The notes under the pieces: model-generated
Told to the model about the DNA's origin: nothing
Databases searched by the model: none
What the model saw: only the letters and a program-made list of their open reading frames with translations
In this document: one piece after another, positions 14,163 to 27,399 of the stretch
Layout: every line of letters starts with the position of its first letter
How positions within the stretch are numbered: position 1 is the first letter of the stretch
Assembly: GCA_002633005.1 (NCBI GenBank)
Contig: NMRA01000506.1
Location: forward strand, 206,069 to 270,068
DNA length: 64,000 nt
Direction of reading: 5' to 3'
Source: Phoronis australis
Taxonomy: Eukaryota; Animalia; Phoronida
Made by a program: the position numbers and the translations under genes

Positions 14163-17113
14163 CATTCTGAGGTATGGTAATTTTTTGCATATTCAACATA
14201 CAATGTGGCGAACAATTAAGTCTATAAAAATAAAAAACAAATTACTCCGGTACTGCTAAAACAACATAAAACAATTAAATTTTTAAGTTTCCATTATTTG
14301 TAGCCAAGTAACCGGCCTTTGAAAAATGAAAAAATAAAATTTTGGCAATTATTTTTGTGTAAAATATGTTACCACATTTAACCAGAAGTGTTAGACACTA
14401 ATATAGCTTTACCAAGCGTTGATACACTGATAGTGGAATAAATGAGATCGTTAATCTAGTATCAACATGGAACAGCATATTGTTCAAAACTTCCTGACAT
14501 TTGCCTCAAAATCGACACATGCAACCAGGTGTCTCAGAAATTTGAAAAAGTTAGCTGTGGCTGACAAAACTCTGCTTTCAATTCCTAAGAAAGTTTCGCA
14601 AAGAATTAAATTTTTTTCTTACACTGAGTTCTTCTTGGGTAATACAACTATTAACTTGGGACATCCCGTTTCACCGAATAGCTAGTGGCATTTATCACGT
14701 GTCAACACAGATTTAGTTGTGAAATAACGCAAGTCAAAACTTCCGATTTTCTTTGGTTATACTGTAGTCAAAATGTGTGGTATTCGTGCTTATCAATAGG
14801 TGTCATAAAAGCCACATATCATCAGAATGGAGCTCTGAGGTTTTGTTTTTGACTTAATAAACTGCTTTGTTCCTATTCAATCAGTTGATCAGCTCAAGCA
14901 ATGCTCACTGTAACCACAAGTCATCCCAATACTTCAGAGGCCTGATTTACCAACAATCATACGACCAGTCAAAGCGAAGACAGTAGAATGCATGTCATAG
15001 CAACTGCAATGCTGCATTTTTGTAAGAGTGAAATGTTGCTACTAACCTTAACAATGTAGTATATCAGTCAAGTTGAAATCAGCTTGTTCATACACTAATG
15101 AATTTTCAGCCAAAAAAAAACATGATACAACCGTCTTAGCTGAGACAAGGCATGTAACCACTTATGAAACGTGGACCACGTGATGCGTGATGCTAACAGC
15201 TGTGAAGCTGGGGTGCATTTAGAACAAGGCTCACATAAGCGAGTATATGCTTGAAAATACGAGTAGAAGAAGTAAAATACAAGTAGTAAATTCACCTCAC
15301 TTGTATTATTTGAATGGGTGCAGAACGAGGATCCGTCTTTTTTGGTCAGCACTTCTTATCGTTTTCCTGCACCATCAAGCCCATATTAGGCATCTGTGCA
15401 GAACTGGAATTTGCAAAACTTAGGCTTAAAAAGGCTGCGAGAAAAGGCATTATTTTGGATATAAGTACGTGGGCATATGGTGCAACAATTCGGTAAAATA
15501 TTGTTCATGAAAAGCTAGTCAATTTTTTAAAGAGGAAACAGGTGCGCCTACATGCAAATTCATGAATGGGCATAGGCAGGGGACATTAATTGGGCTTGTA
15601 TACAAAATTTAGGCACACACACCAATATGTGGACCACTTGGGCAAAAAAGGGCAAGAAAAAAGGCATTAATTTGGACATAGGCCTGTGGGCCTAAATGTG
15701 CGGCAATAGGGTACGAGTCCAAATACTGAAATACGAGTGCAGAATATGCTGTCACTATTTTTTAGCCGGCAACTTCACCTGTGTTGGGAGTTGTAAAAAC
15801 TCATGAGTTTGACATGATCTCGCCCATGAAAGGCAAATCACTAAGGTTTCACGAGTATGGCTATCACCCTTACTAGTACGTATTTTCACATTTGTCAAAA
15901 AGTGGGACATTCCAATGCCACTTCAGAACAAACTAAAAAACAGTATGGAACCTGAAGATGTCAACTTCATTCAGCCTAAACTGAAGATCTTGATTTGAAA
16001 TCTTGATTTTTACACTGTAGTGAAGTAAATGGTGGCTCTCAGCAACCCACCATCTTGGACGTGGAAAGTCTTAACTGTCCAGTCGTAGCTGGAGTAGAAC
16101 TTCAGTGCAGGTGAACTTGGGCTTGGCAACTACTTGACCTCGTAGCCCAAGCGAAACAATGCACAGAGTGGCAACCTGCTGCTGAAATCAAAGTGCATAC
16201 CAGGATTATGAACAAGTCTGTGATGTGCAACAAATATAATTAGTGTTGTTTTATGGGAACATGTGCAAAAAGTGTTACGAGGTCAATCCCTTTGCCAGTG
16301 CACGTTATGTAACCAGGGATGCAGCACTATTTGGGCTGCAATAACACTACAGTAAAAATTTGGGACAAAAATAATTGCTAAAATTGCCATACTTCTATTT
16401 TCAGAGGTTTGCCACATCATTTCAAATACTCAGTTTTACTAAATGTTGTCTGGTAATTACCTACGCCTTACAAACCATGCTAGAAGTGAAGTAAAATTTC
16501 CTTAAAAGTTTTTTTTTTGAGAAACTTCACAAAATAAAAGTTCCCTTCTCCACTAAATTGTGTCCCAATCTGAAAGATTTTTACACTCACTACTGGTAAT
16601 GTAATAATAATCCAGTTCGATTGGAAGGCACTAGTAACTGCTTTTTTGTGCATCAACTTGATTGTTTTGAAACAAAATTTCATCAATGTCATAGGTGTGT
16701 AAGGACTACACTTACCACAGTACTTTAGTTTCCACGTTATGATTAGGGTTAGACAAATTTAACTACCTGTGCCACTGAGGCGTAGCTCGACTTGTTTAGC
16801 AGGTATAAATTGACACCATGATTGGTTGCAAATTACTTTTGCGTATGTGTACAGCGTGTGCATGCGTGATGTGACATTTCTCTAAAATTACTTACGGTAA
16901 TTCACCGTTTTAGGCTACAATATGGCCGACAAGTGGAATTTTAAATAGCGCAGCAAAACCAAAGACATTGGGGAAAGCCTGCCTCATCACCAGCATGATT
17001 TGTACAACATACCTGCCAGTCTTTATGAACATTTGATTATTTTTAGCAGGATAGGTAAGATTTTTAAAATGGATTATTCAGGTAAAGTACATCTTTGCAA
17101 AATAACAGAAGAA

Positions 17114-17660
17114 TTACGATAGTAGAGAATTTGCTATGTCAAGCATTTCGCACTTGGATTTTGTCAAATGACATTTTCTAAAATACGCATAACCATTTTC
17201 CAATGTAGCAGGGAGATAATGGAATACTAGTGTTGCAACGATCTGACAACTTGTCGCTGACATTGTCGTTAAAGAAAAACATCGAATCAAAATCGATTCT
17301 AAGACAGTGAAATCAATTTTGAATCTTGCCAAAGTGTTAAAAAGTTCACGAAGATGAAGTGAAGTCTCCTCGGCAACATCCAAATAATTGTATGATATTG
17401 CTAAAATTTTTTAAACTGGAAGAAGTCTCCTCCGAGCGCCATACAAATCTTTGTCTTGTAGCATAAGGTAGAGTCATCCGATGTTCGATATTGAGAGAAA
17501 CAGAAATCCAGATTTTGATCCAGTCTTATTCTCAGACTCTCCAGTCGTGTAAAAAGCAACATTTGGTGATATCGTAGCTTTGGAAAGGGTAGAAAGTAAA
17601 ACATCCTTAACAAAGATGTATTGAGAACAAAATTTTACTTCACTTTGAACATTCTTATAT
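17114..17660 (-). pseudogene. Decayed leucine-rich-repeat (TLR ectodomain-like) coding remnant
   Basis: Across frames and stops it reads FTRLESLRIRLDQNL, FLSISNIG*LY, LPV*KILAISYNYL and EMLDIANSLLS, resembling the LxxLxxLxLSxNxL consensus. Confidence 0.45.
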
Positions 17661-18096
17661 ACCTGTCATCAAACAACACATGACAACGTGTTAAGGTAAT
17701 CAGTTTGAGCAAAGTAACAAACATTTGAAAAATGAAAAAACACCATTTCCTCTATAACAGTAATTCCTCACATAATTAACATCCAAATAATTGCTCAAAT
17801 TATCATAGTTCTATTTTTCAAAGTCTAACTACGTAGCTACAAGTAATCAAATTTTCTCAAAGTGTTGTTTTAAGGCAGCTGCACTGCCCAAACCATCCGA
17901 CAGGAAGTAAAATAGGCACTTCCCGAACTACCACAGCGCCCTCTACAATTCTGCTGGATTTACCAATAGAACCCACAATGCTGCCCTGAAATAGGGCACT
18001 CGTCCCACTACTGCAACTCTAATTACTATTTAGATCAAGATTGGTTTGCTATTCATCATTCCAATACCAAGTTTTACTGTTGTTACTACTGGGTAA

Positions 18097-18335
18097 TAGG
18101 GTAAAATCTCGCTAACTTAGCAAACATGGCGCACAAGTGAAGTTTTTGACTTTCCCATGAAGGCAAGAAGCAATAACTGTTAATGCTTTAACATGTTCAA
18201 GGCATGTTACCATAGCTACCACAAGGCAATATTTTGAAAAATTATGGACATTTACAAATGTTAAAAGCCTTTGAAAAAAGAAAAATGGTCATTTTGGTCA
18301 TTATTTTTGTCCGAAATTGGTGAGATTTTACCGTA
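18097..18335. mobile_element. ~240-bp TA-flanked MITE; representative of a family with many copies in the window
   Basis: TA-GGGTAAAATCTCGCTAA ... TTGGTGAGATTTTACCG-TA. The internal motif TTTGAAAAA..AAAATGGCAATTATTTT recurs at ~12380-12446, ~13320-13390, ~14310-14370, ~21810-21860 and ~46500-46550, and inverted at ~61191-61405. Confidence 0.7.
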
Positions 18336-18485
18336 AATTGCAATTCTGAAATAAAAAGCTTGAGAAGCCGAGTGAGACGCTACAAATTGTTGTTAATTTG
18401 TTCGGCAAAACTCAGAAATCAATTGTGTAAGCTACCCTACATTTTGAAAGCAAGGTCAACCACAAAATGCATTTTTCTATGAGTA

Positions 18486-20420
18486 CAGTAAAAATTTCAA
18501 AATTCAGGACAGTCTATCGAATTTTGGAACCTAAATTTAAACCGAAACTGATTGTTTTTGACTCTGAAAATTAGGACACAGTCGAATTTGTCATTCACCA
18601 TATTTCTCAAAATTTCGGACACATCGATTTTAGCACGCCATTTTCCATAATTCTTACATTTCGGACAGTACGCTTTTCTGCATGATCGTGGGCTGAATGC
18701 GATTATTTACACATCTAAACTACCGCCAGCCAAGAGTAATGTATTGAATAATGTCAAGATTTATAGTTATAGACAATATGGATGTTTGTTTGTGTATATC
18801 TTGCACATTTTCTTGGAGTAATCATGGACTCAAAAAATTTGCCATATTTGATCGCATGTATGTTCTCTGACTTTCGCATAATCGCCACAGTGTCACACTT
18901 TGTATTTGGATTAACAGCTAATTAACAAGCACCAGTGATGGGACAGCTGTAGTACCAAGTCAGATCCCGCATTCACCGCCCCAATTTTTTTCTGTGAACC
19001 TGCAGCCCACTTATCTTCCTACCAGTACCCCGATCTTCGCTATACCATGCTTATGAACGGTGAGCGAACCGATGGAACGACGTTGTTCAGTGTCAAATTA
19101 AAACAGTTTGTTTGAAAAGCAAAAATTTATGTCCACGGTCGTAGAGAACTGTTTCCTGGTCACGGGCATCACTCCCATTGAAAGTGGGGACATTCACAAT
19201 GATAGGTTGCTGAACTTTCTAGAAAGCGATTCAGACTCCAAACCTGCCTTAATTGAAGGTTTTAACGAAGACGAGGATAACCCATTTTTGGGTTGCTAAG
19301 GATGTTATGAACACTTAAAAAGAAAGTTTGAAAACCTGATAATGTACAATGTATATAAATATATGTCACACCAGTTATGTACGTCTCAGTAACTGGTATA
19401 CACGTATATATAAGTATGAGGCATGAATATTACGCTTATGTTTCTGCTCAAGAATTTAATTAAAATTGAGTTTATTTTGTACAACTTTGTTTTTTATGAC
19501 ACATCAGTACAACTTACGGCTCGTTTCAGGCATAAAAAATAAATTGAATTTATCCCGAGCGTACGGCACTGCTGTTGGGCCAGAGTGAACAAAGGACAGA
19601 AAAAATGTCAAGTAACAGCAGGGTTGAGATTATCGGGACGAACTGCGAATAATAAGCGTCAAAAAAGCTAACGCACTTGTAGCCGGCTATTTGAACAGTC
19701 ACTTGCACAGGTGGTGTTTGACAGATAACAGTACGTAGGGCCTACCTCGGTAAAATTGTGATCTGGCCTACTCTGCCATGTTTCAGAATAAAAATTACAA
19801 ACTTTTATTGATTGAATATACGCCAGTCGCATAAAGCAACAGTTTTATACTTGTCAAATAAATACGTCATTGAGCTAAGACCACAGGGACCTTATTTACA
19901 TGTATCTTGTTGGCGGGAATGCTGTGATCGCTAGTCTGTTTGAGTGACAGATGACTCATTAGTATATCATAGGGGCTGCCTCAGAAACCAACCAGGGTTA
20001 CATATACCGCAGTCCTGTTGTCTGTGTTTGGTTTGTGATCAGTTTAATGTGAAGATGTTGAGCACCAATGGATATTGCAAATCAGTCAAGGCGTGTTACA
20101 TGACAAACAAATAGATGTCCTATCCCAAAGTTTGATAAGTCGATTGTGTTCGAAGTCAGTGACATCGCTGTTTATGTTTATGTTTTTGAGGACATTGTGT
20201 GAATTTCTTGTCAGCATAAACAATCACAAATCTGCTCAGATGTTCAAACTGTCTAACGTTGTCGGCACCTGTCCGCAAAAATTCTAAGGTTTAGGACACA
20301 GCCAATTTTCCCGTCTTTCTCAATTTCTCGAATTTCGGACGGCCAATATTGCCTATTTCTAAAATTTAGTACAGGTTCAAAATATTCATTTCACTGTCCT
20401 AAATTTGGGATTTTTTAACG
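18486..20420 (+). mobile_element. Internally deleted Tc1/mariner (pogo/Tigger-like) DNA transposon
   Basis: TA flanks both ends; imperfect TIR CAGTAAAAATTTCAAAATTCAGGACAG / CTGTCCTAAATTTGGGATTTTTTAACG; repeated subterminal AATTT(C/A)GGACA motifs. ORF 19108-19299 (VVENCFLVTGIT plus acidic tail) resembles a pogo transposase C-terminus. Confidence 0.7.
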
Positions 20421-20997
20421 TAAACAAATTAAAAGTATTATCAGAAAGTATGATTCTTTAAGTCACATGTGCCGTCACCAATTAAGTTTCATATAAAGGG
20501 TTTTAGTCTAATGTGAGTGAAGAAAATAAAGTATTAGCGAAATGCTAGAAAGATGGATTTACTTCACTTTTAATTGAGCTTATTGTTTAGTCTGCAGTAT
20601 TTTTCTTAGCTTATTTTCAGTTGATCGTGAGGTATTAAATACCCTAAGCTTTTATATCCCAAAAGCCCTTTTCCGTACTCATTCTCCCTAAATCGTTGAT
20701 CTGCAATGTACGTGTCTCACGCTCATCGAAAAAACATCTTTCAGCATTCGTTGAACGAATGACCATGGGCCAAGTGGTGAATAACTGCAGCGTTTACATT
20801 TTCTGACAACTTGATTGACTGGCATTAATACCTTGACTGACATGCCGGAACAATCCATTAGGGTGTTTTCATTCAACTTTGAAGACACTTAGTGTATAAA
20901 ATGCATCCTAGACAGCAACATCCTTTGTTTGGCAGCTGCTACCACCAGCATGCTGATACTAGGGTCACCAACAACATGTAAACAGCACTCAGGTTCC

Positions 20998-21172
20998 CAA
21001 TTGACCTATCGCAAGCTCCGCCCCCTCGTGAAATGTCAACAATCAAGTTTTACTGGCAACCTATTGTTTGTCTGGTAAAATGGTGGCTTGGAAATGGAAG
21101 GTGTGTCAAGAAATGCTGCCTTTTGACTGGTAAGTTAAGCTGTCACTCAAAATCCTGATGATAGGTCAATTG
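20998..21172. mobile_element. ~175-bp MITE
   Basis: Perfect 13-bp inverted termini CAATTGACCTATC / GATAGGTCAATTG. Confidence 0.6.
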
Positions 21173-22504
21173 ACGTAATACACCACGCTAACGCAGTCAT
21201 AACACTATTACTGAAAAATCACACCAATTTAGGACATAATATGATCGACAAGTGAAATTTCATTACTTGGTGAAAAAAAATTTCTGTAAGCATGTTGCTT
21301 TGTCGTAACTTTTTTATTTTTTGTTCGTTTCTTCGTTTGTACATTACAGATCACAATTCTTATCAGATCAATGTGAAATTTACAAGCAACTTTTGTCTTG
21401 TAAATGGTTCAAAGACAATTGTTTTTGGTTAAAATCGAACGCAAGATGGCGCTGTGACTGCCATTTTTCGAATTGTTTTCTGAGCCCTAGCTCCGCAATC
21501 CTTTCAGCAAAACTTTAAATTTGGTGTGTAAATATATCTCCTTAAGACTATGTAATTCGCTGGTGTAATAAACCTCGGGGTCATGGTTGTTAATGTTCTT
21601 GGTTTCATCGTCAACCTGGCCTATAAATTTTAATTAAATTTTCATTAAGCACCACTCCTCAGCGAGCTTTCATTTTTGGTCCACAAAATATATGTAGCAT
21701 CAAAGTAAATGATTTTTCATGTTTAAGGTTTATACCACAGTTACCATCAAAGTTTTGAAAATCTGTGAGCATTCGCAATAATGTTTGGAGGTCTCTAAGA
21801 ATGAAACAAGGATATTTTTGGCAATTATTTTTGCCCAAAATTGGCGAGATTTTACTGCAACAATTGCTCTGAATATTAAAACCCAGGATGAGCCCCTGCA
21901 AACAACCCTCGGTTTTAGGTTTATTTTCTGTGCCTTCTAAACACGTAAAACAGGAAAATGAAACTATTTTTCAATTTTGGTTGCCTGAAACAGTGTTCCC
22001 CCAGGCTGTGTTAAAGCGTCATTTGCTGCTATTAAGCTACAAGAGTTCCATACAGAATCCACGGGTAAGTCAACGCAGATAAAATTTTGATAAATTGCTA
22101 GTAATAAAATCACAAAAATGAAATTCATCCATTTCATTTCTATCTTAATTAGGCCAAAAAGGCAAACATAATTGATTCAGGTCTGTAGCGTTTATGCTCA
22201 ATCACTAAAGTAAAAGTAAGAATAATACAGTACCCATATGCACCCATTTCAACCGCATTATTGTTTTTAATTAAAGTTGCACAAAAGCACGTAAGGGTAA
22301 ACACCACCATTTGCCAAGTGATGCATAAATAAATGTAAATGAGGCCTTGGGCAGCATTCGAAAAGTCTGCAGAGCATGGTTTACCTGCTCAAATGGCAAC
22401 GCACCATATAAAAAAGAACGCCATCATAGCGGCACAAAGTACCACAATAATTGCTGTGACTTCTACCACTCGCAGGTTGAATTCGTTTATGTGTTTATGC
22501 ATGA

Positions 22505-22720
22505 TCAATAACTGATATTTGAAATAGCAGTGCTATATTGAAATTCAGTATCCCACCAGATGGCGAACAGATCTTTGGTGGACAGGCATTCAGCGCCACC
22601 TACAGATCCCATGTAATGTGCACAGGAGGTTTTAACCTGCTGTTGTAACCAGTGTTTTAATACCTTTCCTATCATAATGCCAGCAAATTTCCATTGCAGT
22701 GCAGTGAGGTGTACTAATAG
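22505..22720. repeat. Interspersed repeat, copy 1, with CTCF-like motif
   Basis: Clear similarity to 51933-52115 (GAAATAGC.GTGC.ATATTGAAATTCA.TATCCC.CCAGATGGCGA.CAG.TCTTTGGTGGACAGGC.TTCAGC...ACCTACAGATCCCATGTAATG). Confidence 0.8.
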
Positions 22721-24089
22721 CTTATGTAGAGGCAGACCTCTTGCAATATCCATGGATGAAGGATATATTCCATATATTTCCTTCCATGAAGGCTATAATC
22801 CGCAGCTGCAAAGCAGGAGAATTATGACCCCAGCTTATGTCAAAAAGTTCAAATAGATTACTGAAGTTAGTGGCATAGAACTTGAAAGATAGACTAAACT
22901 GCATGATCCAAGTGGTTAAACCGTTCACCAGGTATTTTTACAGTTTGTTCCTGAAGATCTTGAATTTCTGTTGATGTCAAAGCATTTTTCCTATAGTTTC
23001 ATATATCAAAAAACCATTGTGTCAACTCATCACTTCCATTTCCTGCCACACAGCATACATGGTATGGCAAGACAAAGGCATACCATATTTCCCTTATATG
23101 GAATGCCATTTTGTAACGCGCTGCCAACCCTTGCACCACCAGAAACTGCCGGATTGGTCGAGTGAAAAAAATTACATCATTTTTGCTTGGCTTAGGTGTT
23201 TTTTTCTCTTTGAAGAACTGAACAACTAAAAACATACCGCAACACCCTCTCGAATTTCAAAAAAGTCGCACGATTTTCGGACACTAAAAATTAATTTTAT
23301 AATTATTTATTCTTGTCCCAAAATGGCGGGCTGTCCGAAAATCGCGAGACTTTACCGTATGCTTTTTCAGCTTTTAACCGAGAGTGTTTTCCACAGACCA
23401 ACGTATCACAAGATGAGTCTTCTTTTTCTAGTTATTCTGTAATAGAGTAATGATTCCTGGACAGTTTCCATGAGCCTTAAGAACCTGAAATGGCTCCCAA
23501 CATTTTTAGATGGTAGGTCCACTGGATCCTAGAATTTGGAATTGAGAGCAATCGCTGCAAAAACAGCAATGTGCTTTTCCTGGTTTTGTAACATCAAGCA
23601 ATGGTCTAAAATCATGAGAAAGTGCCAATCTTGGAATTTCATGGACGCTGGTCATGGACACTGATATTTCAGATGCATGTCCTCGGAAATAATCAATATT
23701 TCTTAGATTAAGACTTCAGTCAAGACACTGCAAATTTCCGGTCTTCAAAATGACATTGAAGGGGTGCAAACAATCCATGGGACAATAGCATGGGGCGAAA
23801 ATGGCCAAGCAAAGGCCTGCCTTTTTTTCTGCATTCATTTTCAATGAGCGAACACAATAAATACAAAGTGTGTTCAAAAGGATGTGTTAACAACTTAAAA
23901 GATATTGTATTTACCCAATGGAACTAAGACACAGGTCTTGTGCTGGGCCGTTCACATCACATTCTCTTGTTTCTTGGCCACTAAGTCCATGTCATGAGAA
24001 CAGTAATTAACACAAATATTGTATCCTCAAGATAATCATGGATCGGAATTTTTTATTATAAGTAACATACAAAATGGTAGTGGTACCCT

Positions 24090-24605
24090 TTAAGGTTATG
24101 TAGGACCTTGTCGACAAGTATGTACACTTAGCCAAATACCTACAAAACCATAGAATTTAACTCAGCAAAGTGTATATTTTCTGAAAGTAGAAATTCCGTA
24201 GAATTTGTTTTTTACTTAATAACACGCTGTCACTAATTAGGTCACGTGACCCTACTTTTTTGGGAGAATTTAGCAAAAAGAAAGGTAAATCCGTAGCAAA
24301 ACAGCAGGATCAAAAGCATGACAAAATTTCGTATAATAAAGAGGTTCAAGAAAAAATCGTGAAAACATTGTTGCAGTTTTATAAATTATCATTTCGTTTT
24401 CATCTTAGGCAACTTCCATTTTTTCATAAAACCATATCAGTTCTATTTTTAAATAGCTTCTCGTGCAAAAGTGGATATTTTAAAAGCAATTCCTAACAAC
24501 GTTTTGAAGTACAGTGTATAAAACATAGCATCTGAAAGTTTGGTGTGAATCTGATAAGCCATATCTGAGACATGATGTTCCAAAATTGGCCTTACGCAAG
24601 TTTTT
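24090..24605. mobile_element. TTAA-associated non-autonomous DNA transposon (Kolobok-like), family member
   Basis: Starts TTAAGGTTATGTAGGACC; internal GTAGAATTT and GGTCACGTGACC motifs are shared with ~11260-11737, 35517-36005, ~47910-48050 and 60732-61481. Confidence 0.55.
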
Positions 24606-27399
24606 TTAGGAAGAGACAATTTCACCATTTTAAGTTGCGAAGTCACTGAAACAACATTTACATTACCTTTAAAAATTTATTCATCTGCATTTTTATAAAT
24701 CAATTCTTTCAAATGTATAACTCATTGGAGCAGTTGGCATTCTTAGAAACTAACTGAGCGAGTAATATTATGTAACCTGGTAACATTGCATAACTTCATT
24801 GAAACTCATCACTGTAGGCTATACACTACTTTGGGCAACCCATGGTTCATTTCATCAAACTAATTTTCATAAATATCAGACCAGGTTGCCCTTGACTACA
24901 CGTTTAAACTCTCAGGTTGTCACTTGACTTGTGAAAAATTGTTTCTCATTGGTTCATTGGTTCAGTCAGTACCGTGGCTAGTGAAATTTGAGAAGATTCC
25001 ACCGGCCTTAAGCAGAAACACCTCCCAATTTTGTAATTGAATCAATTTTTCACGGCAAAACGAATTACATATCTGATTCATATGGATATATGTATGTAAT
25101 AAAGTGCATCATCAACATGGACTTGTTCAGCAAAATGCATAACATTTGACCGAGCATCTCGTCATTTAAAATAAGGTTCCCACAACTAGCCAGTATCGAT
25201 ATCAAACTATTCCGTCTTCGCTTTCAGTCACAACACTTAGGCTATGCGCGGAAAAAATGGTCTTTCCATTAAAATGTAATTAATCAAGCTCTCTTTTACT
25301 GCTGGATTTCATCACTTTCACACATAATCACAACCGTGTTCTCAGTTGCTGACAGTTTAGATACCCGAACGCAACTCGCTGAACAAGCAAAACAAGCAGT
25401 GAAGAGAATACGAACCCTGGCCTCACAAACGCCGTCTTCGTACCAATGTTCTACATTCGCTGACCTTACCTGCTACAGTCTCGACAGTGGTGTGACGTCA
25501 CGGCGTGACCTCGTTAACTTGACCTTGCCAGTTCAAACAAGTGAGTACCGAGTTCTAGTTGGCAAGACGGGTCACGCTCGGTTGAGCCGTCGTTGGCAAG
25601 TTCGTAAGACATTTTCGCAGTCTGAAACAAATGGTTAGAGGATAAAATGACAGCAGCGCGACGGTGTTATTCGGTTCGCTTTGTTATAAAAACCATTTGA
25701 ACACTCTGCGTGGGAGTGCCACTGATTTGGCCGACTAAATCGTCGGACTTCGCAAACCGTCGGGCTAAAATCTTTAGACCTAGTACAAGCACCGTGACCG
25801 CGTTTAAAAAGCAAATTGTAAGAGGTCCCCAGGTACAGAAAGCTAACCCGCCTGTACTGATGTACTTGTGCCCCGACAGAGACGAGTGCATGCTGACTTT
25901 TTCGATACACCAGCGGCCTCTAAAGATGTATTAATTCCCTCAAAATTCCTTTTGATTTATTTACCAATACACTGACGGCTTCGAAAGTCCTATGTGAAGG
26001 TTCACGTCCCCGACATATAGGGCCGTCCCCAGCCTAGTTAATTAAATCGCCCTGTATGCCCCAGGCAACAGGGGCGATAGTGTACATCCCCACAAAACGT
26101 TACTCATTTCAAAATACTGGAAATAAAATCAAATAAACATGCATATATGCACATGGAGTTATAAACAACTCGTACCAGTACTGAGAGACGATTCAGTCGA
26201 AATAATTTGAGCAAATCGATGAAAATCTATCGCGGTTTGCCATTTTAAGGAAGTTACCCGTGAAATCACGCATGTTGACGAATAAAAAGTCCAAGGGACA
26301 TAAATCTTACAAATTTTACCCGATACCTTCTCATGCAGCTCAGTGCAAGTGTTACGTGCTAGCGTCACGCGCTCATCGGCTCAGTCTCGCGCTAGCCTTT
26401 GCCTAACTCAGTTGACATACTTTGAGGTTATAGCGCGCGTGGCGAAAAAGTTAACGGCAACCAAAAAAGTGGAGTTGGAATTCTTCAAAGTCACCATAAT
26501 TCTCACAACTAAACTTCATCGAAGATATATGTATAGAAGTAGAAAGGACCAATGAAGAAAGTAAGCGCTTTTTTAAGTGACAATTTTAAGCCTATAGTGG
26601 AGTTGACGAGATGACCGGTGGCCGGATTTGGCCTACCGCCCGTTTTTAAAAATACATGGAAGAAATGCGTACAGAAAGCGATGAGAAGTATTGTAGCCTC
26701 TAACTGGCCAACCGAGGGGCTACGTGTTGCCTATCCCCAGCCGGGATGAATTCGGAAGTGTGTTCATTAATTATTTTTATGTTTAAAAATTTCGTTACTG
26801 GCAAATGACGAATAGGTACTAAGATTTTGGGTCCATCCATGACCCGAGTTTTTGACCTGATCTGCCATTCAACGTATCTAGGCGGCACCGCGGTCCTACT
26901 ACTGTTTTCGGATTTTTTAACTACTTGTTGAAGTGATTCATGTAACTCACCTGATATTTGAAATCAATGCATTACACATATATTATGCACTTGATATGAG
27001 TCAACTTAGTTATGACTTATGAGGGGATTTATGGGGGGAGGTCTGCCCTACCACCTGCGGGCATGACCGAAAAAAGAAAAAAAGTTTCCGTCAACGTGCC
27101 TCTTTTAGAGGCTATGCGGACATTTCCCTTGGAAAAATAGTAGTTTCCCTCTTACGGTATCGTAGATCCGCCACTCCTAGAGATCTCTCGATTTTTTTTA
27201 TTGGACTAAGAAAGAACATCTGAAGTCAAGTGCAGCTTTGAGAAAGGCAATGCAATCTTTTGTCCACACAGTTACAGACGGTTCTTGTTGTTCTTAATAT
27301 TTGCTACAAGGCAATAAACCAACAGAATTAAAAAAAAAAACGGAGGACGATAACACTACTGAATGCCAGTTATCAAATTTTGTCTTATTCACGAAAATC

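Noticed and set aside
15362-15382. Minus-strand GLDGAGK, identical to an Arf-family P-loop
   Set aside because: Stop codons lie two codons away on both sides, there are no usable splice sites or other GTPase motifs nearby, and the region looks repetitive.
25635-27130. Possible ~1.5-kb Sola-like DNA transposon
   Set aside because: The termini match only loosely, with no TSD or transposase text; insufficient support.
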